From Macrostomum lignano (Eukaryota): a DNA stretch of 47,434 nucleotides. The DNA lies in assembly GCA_002269645.1 (NCBI GenBank), contig NIVC01003315.1, forward strand, positions 1-47,434, written 5' to 3'. Of the stretch, positions 1 to 11,159 are shown one piece after another (position 1 is the stretch's first letter; each line of letters starts with the position of its first letter). Made by a program: the position numbers and the translations under genes. The notes under the pieces are model-generated. The model did not search any database, was not told where the DNA came from, and worked only from the letters and a program-made list of their open reading frames with translations.

Positions 1-208
1 ATTCTTGGGGTCAATGAGCATCAAAGGATGAGCTAATAGGCACTTCTGTGGCTGATAATTGGTTTTGGTTTTAACTCGAACTCCAAGCAGTATTTGTTTT
101 CACAAATCGAGGTCTATTAGAATGAGTTTCTGGTTTTGTCTCTTGCACTCATACAGCTCGTAAGAGGACACGCTGCAAAGGACACAAGGCTAGAAGTTAA
201 GGTTTTAT

Positions 209-247
209 CCAGGGACAACTAAGGTTTTAGGTTTTAGTTGTCCCTGG
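209..247. repeat. Perfect 14-bp inverted repeat (hairpin)
   Basis: CCAGGGACAACTAA (209-222), an 11-nt loop, then TTAGTTGTCCCTGG (234-247). Confidence 0.85.
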
Positions 248-1081
248 TTTTATCAGAACGTTCAGGTATTAGCCAGAAACTAAAAATTGTAAAGCTTTCA
301 GTTGTACTTTTACCAGCTAGCTGGTTTCAGAACTAAGCTTATCAAATTGATCAAATATGCATTAAAACGATAATAATTTTGATTTTTAAGGCTCCGCCGC
401 CGACCATGGGAAACATGGCGCAAAATCCCTTCTGAAAGGCCCAGAGAGTAGCTCCAATCAAGGCCAATAGCACTTGTAGAAAGAAGAGGGATTTAAAAGA
501 AGTTTAGTGCTAAACTTGATAGAGTCCATCTCCCCAAATGCACTGTTGCGTGCCTGCTCAACACTGCAAACCTCTGATCGATTATTCACACAGGAAAATC
601 AGTTATTGCGCTGCTGTTTATTCAATAAACTAAAATCACTCTCACAATGCCAAGTCTCTCACATAACGATCATTTATTAACATTAAGTCAATTTTCTCGG
701 TCGATATCCCCTCAAGTAAAGTCAGCGATGCAAATTAATAACATTCCTGCATGATATGTCAAACTTGTGGACTTGTGGACTTGTGGATTTCTTTTAGAAA
801 CTGAGGCCGGAAACAGGGCTTATAGGAGTTTGGGGTGGCCAACAGACAGTATGAATTTACAGTTGTCGGAACTGAATGCACATTGCACCAAGCTAGCGCT
901 ACCATTAACCGTCTGAATTGAATGGAAATATTTCAACTTTGACTGCACATTTAACAAATTAGGATGGGAAAATGTGTAACGATACGACAAACTCACGCTC
1001 CTTTTCTAATAAAACCAAACTAGCGTCCCTCCATCGTGATACTTCCAGCTGTCTAAGAGTCAGTCAATCCTTGGATGAAAA

Positions 1082-1839
1082 TCATGTTGTACAGACGGAA
1101 CTGTCCACAAGAGATATTTCCACCTTCCCATCAGGTTCAGTGTTGCCTCCATCCGTTCCTGAGACTTGCTCAGCTGAAGCATCCGCGTAACTGGAGCCGC
1201 CGCCGCCGCCTGGACTGCCTTTCGCCCCTCCGGAGCCGCCGCAGTAGCCGCCACCGCCACCACCTCCGGCTTCATTTGCTCCAGCTCCAGCAGTTCGGCC
1301 TCCTCCGCCTCCACCGCCGTAGCCACCGGAACCGCCACTGGCACCGTCGCCTCCAGCCCAGGTGGTGCCTCCAAAGCCATTACTATCTCCAGCAGGTGAA
1401 GCCGCAGGTGACTGCCATCCAGCACCAGCAGCGCCACAGTTAGTACCCGACGGGTTGCTACCGGCGTTCTGATTGGCCGATCAGGGGCAAGAGCCATGCG
1501 AATGAATTCCAGCTTTGCCTGCAGTTGTCTCAGTGCCTCCGCCTCCTCCCCCGGCCGCCAACAGCAGGGTGCTGCTGCTCGTGTAGACAAAAGTTCCGCC
1601 TCCTCCACCGCCGCCATCGCCACTGCTTCCGCGTTTTCCAACAACAATGGTCAGCGTCTGAGAACTAGTCAAGGTAAAGTGAGCAATTTTTTCTGCTCCG
1701 TTGCCACCAGCGGCTGCTGTGCTTCCATCAAAAGCTGTACCGCCTTTGGCACCACGCGCTACAAATCGATAGCAGCCACCGTCCACAGGTGGTGTGTAGG
1801 TCACCGACGTTCCTAATTGGTATGACGCTGATGCTGGCA
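1082..1839 (-). pseudogene. ALK/LTK-like glycine-rich domain exon (diverged copy) with an internal in-frame TGA
   Basis: Acceptor ttttcag| at 1840/1839 (phase 1). Reads YTPPVDGGCYRFVARGAKGG...LTIVVGKRG..GGGGGGGTFVY..LLLAAGGGGGG, then TGA at 1481-1483. The same frame stays open for 132 more codons (GAAGAGW, GGYGGGGGGG, GGGGGSSYAD...GKVEISL) to TGA at 1082-1084. No upstream exon was located. Confidence 0.7.
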
Positions 1840-2232
1840 CTGAAAATGTTTGAGAAAATCAGATTCTAAATTATGTTATCATTTAATAAATAGTAAATAC
1901 CAACTTGAATTGTTAAACAGGCCTGTGCATGGAGAACATTGAGCCATTCATTGATAGCTAGAATCCATAGATAAAGCCAATCAAAGCCACTGTCACAGAG
2001 CTGCAGTCGGCCAAAGCCAATAAAGACAGTCCAGCTGATAAAAAGTCAATTAAGGACGTAACTCCATTAAAAATCAGCGAAATTTTAGAAACCAATTTTC
2101 TGTGGCCAGAATACTTGCTTTAAGATTATCCACTTTATTGTCTTTTAGCCAGAGAGAATTAAGCCTTTAACAGCCTGGCTTGGACTGTAGTCTGCGGGAG
2201 AGTGGCAGCTTAGAATTCCGAGCTGTCCGCTT

Positions 2233-2549
2233 GATTGGCTTTATTGTCTATGGCCGACTGCAGCTCTGTGACAGTGGTTTTGATTGGCTTTATTGTCTAT
2301 GGCCGACTGCAGCTCTGTGACAGTGGTTTTGATTGGCTTTATTGTCTATGGCCGACTGCAGCTCTGTGACAGTGGTTTTGATTGGCTTTATTGTCTATGG
2401 CCGACTGCAGCTCTGTGACAGTGGTTTTGATTGGCTTTATTGTCTATGGCCGACTGCAGCTCTGTGACAGTGGTTTTGATTGGCTTTATTGTCTATGGCC
2501 GACTGCAGCTCTGTGGCAGTGGCTTTGATTGGCTTTATTGTCTATGGCC
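2233..2549. repeat. 49-bp tandem repeat (~6.5 copies)
   Basis: Unit GATTGGCTTTATTGTCTATGGCCGACTGCAGCTCTGTGACAGTGGTTTT starts at 2233, 2282, 2331 and so on. An inverted copy lies at ~1966-2012. Confidence 0.95.
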
Positions 2550-3700
2550 CAGTGAAGTTCTGTGGCTCTCCTTCTGCTGTTGCGAATGGGGATTCCTGTC
2601 TTGATTTGCTTAATTATGAACTTCACTGACAGAAGCAATTTACAGTTCACAGGCACTGTACGCAGGCACTCACTCACACACACGCTCACACAGGATGTTC
2701 AGCAGCCCTGACTTTCTAATCGTCAGACATGTAGACTCTCTGTGCTCTCTGTTGGCCCTCGTGGCTGCGAATCGCACGGCAACCCACGCCAAATTTTCGT
2801 GCACACAATCCTCAATTCAAGTATTCGAAAACTGGTGTAGAGATCTCCAAACCTAGTAGACTACTAGAAGTAGTAAGATAAAATTACATGTACGAATGCA
2901 AATTTAAAAAAGCATGCGTCATACTCTATTTTCAGTAATACCAGTAATATCACGAAAACAGTGAGTGATCATTCCACAGTTCGAAAAATCAGTTTTCACC
3001 CTATATTTCCAAATATGGTAAATGTTAACTCAAATGCGACCCAAGTTTCACCCTTTTTTATTAGAAACCGCACCGATCAAAGGAGAAAGTTCATTTCTTG
3101 ATTCTTATCAATAAAACCGGTTTAGGGCTCAAGGTCAAATAAAATTGTGTATAATTAAATACAAGCGAAAAATCCGAGCTGAAACCTCAGACTCGGAGCA
3201 GTCAGTTTTTGTTAGTTGATTATTGAGAGCTGTGTTATTGCCGGCAGTTACTGATCAGTTGATTTAACTGAGTTTATTGAATTTGAGGTCTCCTCTTTTC
3301 CTAAGGATAGGATCTGCGGACCGATTCTGATACTCTTAGTCCATTGATTGATTTTGGTACCCTAGAGTAACCGAAGGAGCATTACGACTCCGATTCCTTT
3401 ATTTCTAGTAGAAGACGCCCTTTCTGGAGGACCTCGTTATCGTCATAGAGTTGACTTTGTTATTAGGGCGCATCTCTGCACTCGAGGAATATATTGACGT
3501 CGACGGATTAAATTGAAGTGCTCTCATATTCGGCCGATTTTAAAACTCAAGAAGACTACTCCGGAGGAGGAAGATTTGAAGAAACGAGCTCGGAGAACCT
3601 GCTCAACAAAGAAGCGGAGCCCGCACCACTGATCACTAAATTTCGTTCCCAGGCTTGATGTCTGGAAGTGGAAGTTCGTGCGTTTGGATACTAGACTTAA

Positions 3701-3748
3701 TTCTCCCTCTCTCTTCTCTTTCTCTCTCTCTTTCCATCTCTCTCTCTA
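3701..3748. repeat. (TC)n-rich microsatellite
   Basis: Visible CT/TC run. Confidence 0.8.
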
Positions 3749-4006
3749 GTGTGCTAAAACGAACTCTTCACAAGGTTACAGTCAGCATCTGATCAAACGC
3801 ATACCAACTTAATGCGCATAGGACTGATTATAAACTGGTCCAGCATCTAAAATTTTCAGGACTAAAATGTCAATAGAATTCCTTCATCCAGTACAGAATA
3901 AAAGTACTTTTTAAATTTCGTATTTGATTATATGCGGTCTGGAAAACAGTTTAGGCACTGTATAATTAAAGTACGTTGCATGTATATCCCACGGGTTCAT
4001 TCAAGA

Positions 4007-4044
4007 TTAGGGTTTAGAGTATAGGGTTAGGGTTAGGGTTGGGG
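4007..4044 (+). repeat. Short interstitial TTAGGG-like repeat
   Basis: ttagggtttagagtatagggttagggttagggttgggg. Confidence 0.6.
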
Positions 4045-5093
4045 TATTGCTGAGATTTCTAGACTGATGGGGTATTTGCTAAGATGTCATGGCTCACGGG
4101 GGGAATAGTTGAGATGTCAAGGCTTACTAAGGGAATTGTTAGGGTCATATGAGAGAAGAAAGAATGCTACATGTAGTTTATTAAAAAACTTGTATTCAAT
4201 TTTTGTTGGCCCCGTTGGGGGCGCTGATTGCTAGTATACATCTAATAATAACTGACTACAATGGTTTTCATTAATGAATGAGTATCATGTCTTCTTCCGC
4301 TATCACTTCTTTGAGACGGACTCTTTGAGACATCCTCCGGGGTGCTTGATTGAGATACGCTAGCGCCGTTCCTGTTCGTTCTGGTGCTTGACTGGGTGCT
4401 GCGGACCGCTCCTCCTACCAACGACGATGGTTTTCTGTTGCGGCGACGCGTGTCGACGCCAACCGGAGAGGCGGCTCAGTGTGCTTGGCTACGCCGACGA
4501 TCTTGCCCTGCTGTCCTCGATCGTCGAGGGCGCCCAGCGCCAGCTGGACCGGCTGGTGAGCGTTGCGGCGAGTGTCGGCCTGGTGGTCGACACGCAGAAG
4601 ACCGTTTTACTCTGCGTGCCGGACGACATTCGAGACTTCTATTTTCTGCCGAGGTGCTGACGGGCAGGTGACGAGGCTTCCGCGCTATCAGCAGTTTGTC
4701 TACCCCGGCAGTCCGGTGCCTCACGTTCGCGAGAACCGGCGACGTCTCCGTAGACTTGCCTGGGCTGCTTTCGTTCCGTGAGGATTGTCCTGCAGCCCGT
4801 GGCCCTGCCTCACAGCCAGAGGACGGCGTTGTTCCAGGCGGTGTTCGTGACCGTCCTGTGGTACAATGCCGAGACCTGGACTCTGACGAGTTTGCTCAAA
4901 CAGCAGGTCGATGCAGCGCACGCTGGCCTGCTGCGCGCCGCTTTCAAAGATCGGCTACGAGCATCAATGCGTCAATGCGGCACTCTATCGCCACACCTCA
5001 AATTTGTTGCGCCGTCGGCGACTCCAGCAGGCCAGTTAGGTCATATTATCCGAGCCGAGTCGTACTGCCCGCAACCGGTGCAGGAGCTGGAGG

Positions 5094-5480
5094 TGCTCTC
5101 TCTTTCTCTGCACCGCACACCCCGAAGTCAGCGCTGCTGCGAGGGGCGGGCGGGGCGTCAAAGTTGGCGCCCCAGTCTGCGAAGGAGCCTGAGAACTGCC
5201 TGCGCGTCACAGAGGAGAAGCTCACGATCGGCCGGGCGGGCCGCGTGTACTCTGGGGCAGTCGAAAAGAAGATGCTGCTCGGTGTCCGGGTCCCCGCAGT
5301 CCAGGCACAGCGCGCGGGTTGTCAGACAGGCCAAGCCGATGGCGAGTGGCGGCCGCTTGGAGGCTGCAGCCGGCGCGAAGCGGATTAATGGCCACCTCGG
5401 CCCTTCTGGGTAAAGCTGGCAGTTGTGGCCAGGAGGTTTCTCGGCCCCAGAACTCGAGGTCGAGGTTGGATCTCAGATGG
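5094..5480 (-). mobile_element. 5'-truncated non-LTR element 3' end (I/R1/Jockey-like CCHC finger), antisense inside the RTE
   Basis: Minus strand RRAEVAINPLRAGCSL..RHRLGLSDNP / DCGDPDTEQHLLFDCP..RRLGRQL*, then a GA-rich tail. Flanked by TGGAGG at 5088-5093 and 5481-5486. Confidence 0.65.
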
Positions 5481-5505
5481 TGGAGGCTGCTGACGCTGTA
5501 GGCAC

Positions 5506-8046
5506 CCCAGTGAAAAAAAGTATATGGATTCCATGTGGATTTTTCATATGAAATCCATATGTGCATTTGTCTCCGTCCATCCATGTGGAATTGAGATATG
5601 GATTCCACATGGAAGATCCACATGGAAGTAATTATGTATTTCACATAGAATCCACATTGTCATTGAGTAAACAGCCATTATACTGGTTGCCATAATAAAT
5701 TGTTGCATCCTAAATCTCAAAATAATATCAGATCTCAAAACTTCATATGAACCCCAGATCTCAATACCATATAAAAGAAACTGAAACACAGATAAAAACA
5801 CTAGCTATAGCGAAAAAATATTTCTGCACAAAAATATATTCAAAAAGGATGTCTCAATAAGTAAGGTGTATTTATATACAGTAGTGAGTCACTGGCACAC
5901 AAAGAATAAACACACTGATATAGATATTGATATCTTTAAAGTTGCGCTGCGCATATGATATAATATATAATTTGAAATTGACATTGTCAATAGCATTAAT
6001 TAATTAACAATAATATAATGCACCAGAATTAGAACAGTCAGAAACATGCTGCTGCCAATTGCCAGAATGCTGCTTCTTCAGGTCAGGTGAGAAACCTTAG
6101 AAAAGAAAGGGGTTAAATTACAGAATTTTATAACAGATTGATGATAGATTTTGTAATAGATTTTGATCTTATAACAGATTTTGATAACAGAAAAAAATCA
6201 GTTTATAACTAAAACTTACCATTGCTTCACAAAAGGTAGCATTCTAGATATTATATTCAAATTCCAAGTAGCTTTGCATGCTTCTTCAAAGGAAAGACCA
6301 AGGTGACATCCAAGTTTGAGGATGGGCCATGTAATGTTAGGCTGAAATGAAATAGAAAAATAATTGTTGCCAATTAAGATTGATAGATTATATTGATATA
6401 ATTCATAAAACTAATTTAAGGATGAATACTTAATAAAGTTTATTTTAAAATTAACTAGGCCTAAGTTCTAGGTTTATTTTTTTAAGCGCAAAGTGTGCAT
6501 ATGCGCCTTAAATTTTAAAATTGCACCTTGAAAATTGAAATTAAAAAGTGGATACAGTTTAGGTGCGATTTCATTACCTATTTTTCTGTTGAAGCCTTAT
6601 TTGCACTGCCTTTATATAAGAAAAAAGAGAAATTGCATTCTAAGCCTTAAAATCATAAAACCCTGAAAGTGAGCATAGGATATAATTTTGCACTTTGTCT
6701 CTAGCAAAAAAGAAAACCCTACCTAAGTCAATCAATAAACCAATAAAATAATAAATACAAAAATAATTAATATATGTTTCTATAAATTTAATTTTTTATT
6801 TTAAAATTGATTTTAAACTATAAAGTATTTAGGCAAAGCAATGCATGTTTTTTATATTTGCTGGCCTAGTATGATTTAACATTAGGCCTAAGCCTAAATA
6901 GCTATGCCCTATGCCTATGGCTATTAAATTCTGGACTTGGCCTAAATCAGATCAAATTTACAATAATCATTATTTATTTATAATAGCAACCTTAGGGATC
7001 TGCTAGGCTAGCTATGCCAAAAGCAAGTTGCAAGTGTAAATGCAGAATTATTTATTATAATTAATAATACTGTTTTTAAAAATGCAACAAGTCCAAAAGA
7101 TGCTAATAGGCTTTTTTGAAGAAAATCATAAATTAATAGATTTTTAACAGATTAACTAGATTGACTAGTCACAATTCACAAAGTCAAGCTAGTCCCAACT
7201 CCCAACCTTAATTAAAATAGAAGGACCTAAATTGATAGTTATAGGCCTAGCTTAAAATAGGCCTAATAAGCATACATATAAATAGATAGGTAGGACTAAG
7301 AGGAAATTATGAACTTCTAAAGGCCTATTTAAGTTAAAAAATGAGTAGCCAATCTATGGACATGGCCATGGGATTCCTAGAAATTGGATAGATAGGGCCT
7401 AGGCCTAAATAAATTTATCATGGATTTTACCAAAAGTATTAGGCCTATCTATGATAAAATACTGATTTATCTAATTTCTAATCCCATGGAGGCCATGGCC
7501 TTATACTCGTAAGTTATTGCCTATAGGCTAGGTCTACTAAAATTTTTAAGGTGCTTAAATAGCCATAAACAAGGCACTTTATCTTTCAAGGCCTTGGACC
7601 AAGACATTGACGAATATAAAATAAAATTAATTTAATTTTAAAACGTACGAAACGTTTTTTATTGTTAACTTCTATTTTGTCTATTTTAACAAACAGTGTC
7701 TTATTTTCCGATTATAATTTAGCTTTTAGATAATAATTTTTACTTAAAAGCATATAAATATAATAATTAATTTTAGTAATTTCATAAAAACGTCTAAATA
7801 AGGTGTATCACAGTTTTTTATCGAAGTGGATTCCATGTTGAATCAATATACGCTTATTTCTCATGAATTCCTTGTAAAATCCACATCAACATTAGGACAG
7901 TAAAAATAAAAAAATAATGCATAAAAAATACTTTGCATACCATTATGTCATCTTTAAGTCATTAATTTGCAAAAATTAAAGAAACATTTAAATTCCACAT
8001 GGCCACGTGGAACCCACGTGGAATCCATGAATCATTTTTCACTGGG
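5506..8046. mobile_element. TIR DNA transposon, 2541 bp, CCCAG termini, 2-bp TSD (AC); CMC/EnSpm-like, no transposase recognised
   Basis: Left end CCCAGTGAAAAAAAGTATATGGATTCCATGTGG; right end CCACGTGGAATCCATGAATCATTTTTCACTGGG. AC at 5504-5505 and 8047-8048. Subterminal (T)GGATTCCA(C/T) repeats. Excision restores the RTE frame. Confidence 0.8.
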
Positions 8047-9352
8047 ACCCTACCAGCGGGGGCAGGCGCGCACTCGGCGTTTCGTCGACTGCCTGCTGGC
8101 TGATGCCGGCGCCCCGGACACTGCCGGCAGTGCGGCCTAAGTTCGCGCCCAGGCCCTGAAACCCGCACAGCAAAATTACGTATCCAATAGAAAGTGGGAC
8201 GTCTCCCGTACGTAACTTTTTTCGTTGCATGAACGTCCTTGATACGTATCAAATTTTTATGATCCTCTAAAGAAGCTCGTTTCTACAAAAGTTGGACTTT
8301 ATTTTCACTGAAAATATTTTTAAACTTTATGACAGAATTTACAAAAAAAGAATAGATAAAAACTAGCAATTAATCTGTTATATTTAGACATTTCAATTTC
8401 GAAAAAGTTAAAAAAATAGTGAAACATTCATTTTTTCCGTAACCTTAAAAAATATGATTTCGGTGTACAGTGCATGTACTGTAGAACAGAAAACTTGCGT
8501 TTTATCTACTAGCAAGTAGTGTTTAGATTTTAAGCAAAATGGTTGATTAAAAGTTGTAAATTGATATTAGAAAGTTTATAAAGTACATAAAAATTTAAAG
8601 ATTAAATTGTAAGACAGAAAGGTTGAAAACGTTATTTAAAAATTTTTTAAACAAAAAGGTAATATTTCAAAAGATTTATTTTAATTCTCATAAATTTTTA
8701 TAATTTAATATATTATTTTCAATAATTATATTTATTAATTTAATAATTTAAATAATAATTAAAATTATTTTGAAATAATATTAAATTATATAACAATTTT
8801 AATAACATTTAAAATTTTTCATTTTACATTTTACATTTCTATAATTTTAATAATTTTAAAAATTTATTTTTAATTTTAAAGGTTACTTTTCGAACAAAAA
8901 GGTACTGTTTCAAAAGATTCTTTTTAATTCTCAAAAAGTGGCCAGTCAAAAAGAAGAATGGATAAATATTTTCCTAAGCCACAAGAAAAGTATATCAAAA
9001 GGAACTTAATTCAAAGCAAAGATAAAAGGGCGGCTGCAAAAAAAATCAAAATTACCCCGGCGAACACTGCAGTGGCAGGATACTGGCTGCACTCGATTAT
9101 CTTTAGAAATGAACTGGATGCCGGCTAAGCTAAGAACCCTCTTCCAAAAAGGGTTTTACCACTGATACCTACTATGCCTTAGGCCGTAAATTTAGTGCTA
9201 TAAACGAGATATTTATTATATTCTTCTAATGCAACATCCCTCGAAAACTAGGTTTCAAGTGATATCTTGTTCTATGTTGTAGTTGGCTGTTCGATTTCAC
9301 AATAAAGATCTTGAAGCAATTTCCTCCTTGATGTCCAGCGATTCACTCTAAC

Positions 9353-10152
9353 TCATTTGCAGTAAGAGTTGGCGACGGCTGCAATGACGACCTTTCCAGC
9401 AGGACCGCTATTGTGCCCATTCGATCCCTCGGGGTTCCTGCCCGATGCGTCCACGAAGCTGCCGCCTCCGCCTCCTCCATCTCCGCTGCTGCTTCCAGTT
9501 CCGCCGCAACCACCGGAGTAGCCGCCGCCTCCGCCGCCGCCGCCTTCACTGTCACTACCGTCTGTGCCGCCGCCTCCGCCGCCTCCGCCGTAGCCACCAT
9601 CGCCGTTGCTGTTTGCGCCGCCTCCCGCCCAGCTTCCGGTGGCGCTCTTTCCTCCATAGCCTCCATCGTCGCCTGTGGGTCCGGAACCTCCAGCAGAGCC
9701 CCAACCAGCACCACTGCCGCCAGACCTGTCAGTGCCCTTGCTGGGACCTCCCTGTCCGACAGTCGAGCCGGAACAAGTGCTGCTAGTGCCATCGCTGCCG
9801 TCTTTTCCCGTGTCCGAGTTGGAGCCATCACCGCCTCCGCCGCCTCCTCCGGCAGCCAGAAGCAGCTGATCAGAGTTACTGCTTCTGGTTATATAGACAA
9901 AGGTTCCGCCTCCACCACCGCCGCCGCCATTAGAGTCGCCATCGCTTCCGGCATCGGTCCCAGACTTTCCCACGACAATCGTGAGCGTCTCAATCAGATT
10001 GAAATAGGCCATTTTGTAAGCTCCCTTGCCTCCAGTTGCACCTTTTGTTGACTGGCCACCGTTGGCGCCCCATGTTTCGATTTTGTAGCAGGTGTTCACT
10101 TCCGGTGGTGTGAAGAATTGCACTAATCCCGTTTTGCCAGTTGTGCCACTCG
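9353..10152 (-). CDS. Terminal exon: ALK/LTK-like glycine-rich domain (gene A, GRD2)
   Basis: Acceptor catttcag|CG at 10153/10152 (phase 1). Intact frame SGTTGKTG..FTPPEVNTCYKIETWGANGG..LTIVVGKSG..GGGGGGGGTFVY..LLLAAGGGGGGG..GKVVIAAVANSYCK*. Confidence 0.8.
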
Positions 10153-11159
10153 CTGAAATGCGGTTGATAGAGTGTGCGTTCAGTGGTAATGCGATTGTAA
10201 AGACACAGAACTGCATGATGTTTTGAATGCAGCTATCAGTATTATCAGACATATATCACAGCCAAGTTATGGCCAAGAAGTCAGAACTAAGAGACCTGCC
10301 GTCACCCAGATTCAAAGGGTGTAGTGCTTGTGTTGACATGCTGTGGCGTTTACGGGGATAGTCATACTATTGTTAATTCTGGCAAAATATTGTTCTACCG
10401 GATGAAATAGATTAACTTAATAAAATATCTGTGTATGTAAATTTAAATGTGGCTTTTGTTAGAGTTTTATAAGTTTCTTGAGTGCTTGCAACCAAGAGTT
10501 TGTGGCGTCTGTGATTCCTGAAGTTTGATTGCAGATCGAATCCTACCTCGCAAAAGTGGAAGGCTTATACCGTATTGCTTCGCTTTTCAATATCTGAGGC
10601 AATTAATTTTTTTAAGAATAAAAATACGAATTTTTGACTCGCAGTCGCTGCTCTGCTGTTAACGCCGAGGTACTGTACACTCAGTCTACTTGTATGAAGC
10701 ACTTGGATTCACTTTGGTATGAGTATGCCAAGCCAGAAAACTTTGACACACGACAGAGTTCTCAAATTTTGTATACATTCAACCAGTTTATGCCACTTCA
10801 TTAAAGCATGAGTATGTCATTATGCTGTCTGTCGCCAAGAGTAGAATTTTAGGTGTAAAATTTATACCCCTCTGCAAAGTAATAACGGCATGCTATGAAC
10901 TTGTGACGCTTAATGAAATGCGCGTAGTAGGCTGTTTCCACAAAGTATCAACTACGTAAATGGCAAAGTGTCTAACGATTGTAGAGGAATCTAAATAGAT
11001 TCAGTAAGTAAATGACATGAAGTAAGGCTTTGACAAGCTATTGATATATACCTCAGCAAGCGCAGAATAGCATGCAGCCAGGCTTTGACAAGCTATTGAT
11101 GTTTACCTCAGCAATCGCCGTTCTTCACCTAAGTCGTAACCTAGATCTTCGAGGGAACA

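Larger units (their letters stand above)
4320..8140 (+). mobile_element. Degenerate RTE-clade non-LTR retrotransposon (RT and C-terminus), interrupted by two insertions
   Basis: Motifs DTLAPFLFVLVLDWVLRT, VLGYADDLALL, LWYNAETWTLT and GHIIRAESYCPQPVQE, with frameshifts. The C-terminus resumes after 8046 as APYQRGQARTRRFVDCLLADAGAPDT. Confidence 0.85.

Noticed and set aside
1060-1647. Ala/Glu-rich and Arg/His-rich ORFs overlapping the GRD exons (also 9343-9831, 9413-10051, 14116-14625, 26929-27426)
   Set aside because: These are alternative-frame or antisense shadows of GGC/GGA-rich codons; only the Gly frame has family motifs.
10153-10252. Apparent N-termini MSDNTDSC... and MNLGDGRS... (to 15109) of the GRD ORFs
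   Set aside because: No signal peptide, an in-frame stop in one twin, and loss of the frame in gene B beyond the shared tttcag acceptor. Interpreted as intron.
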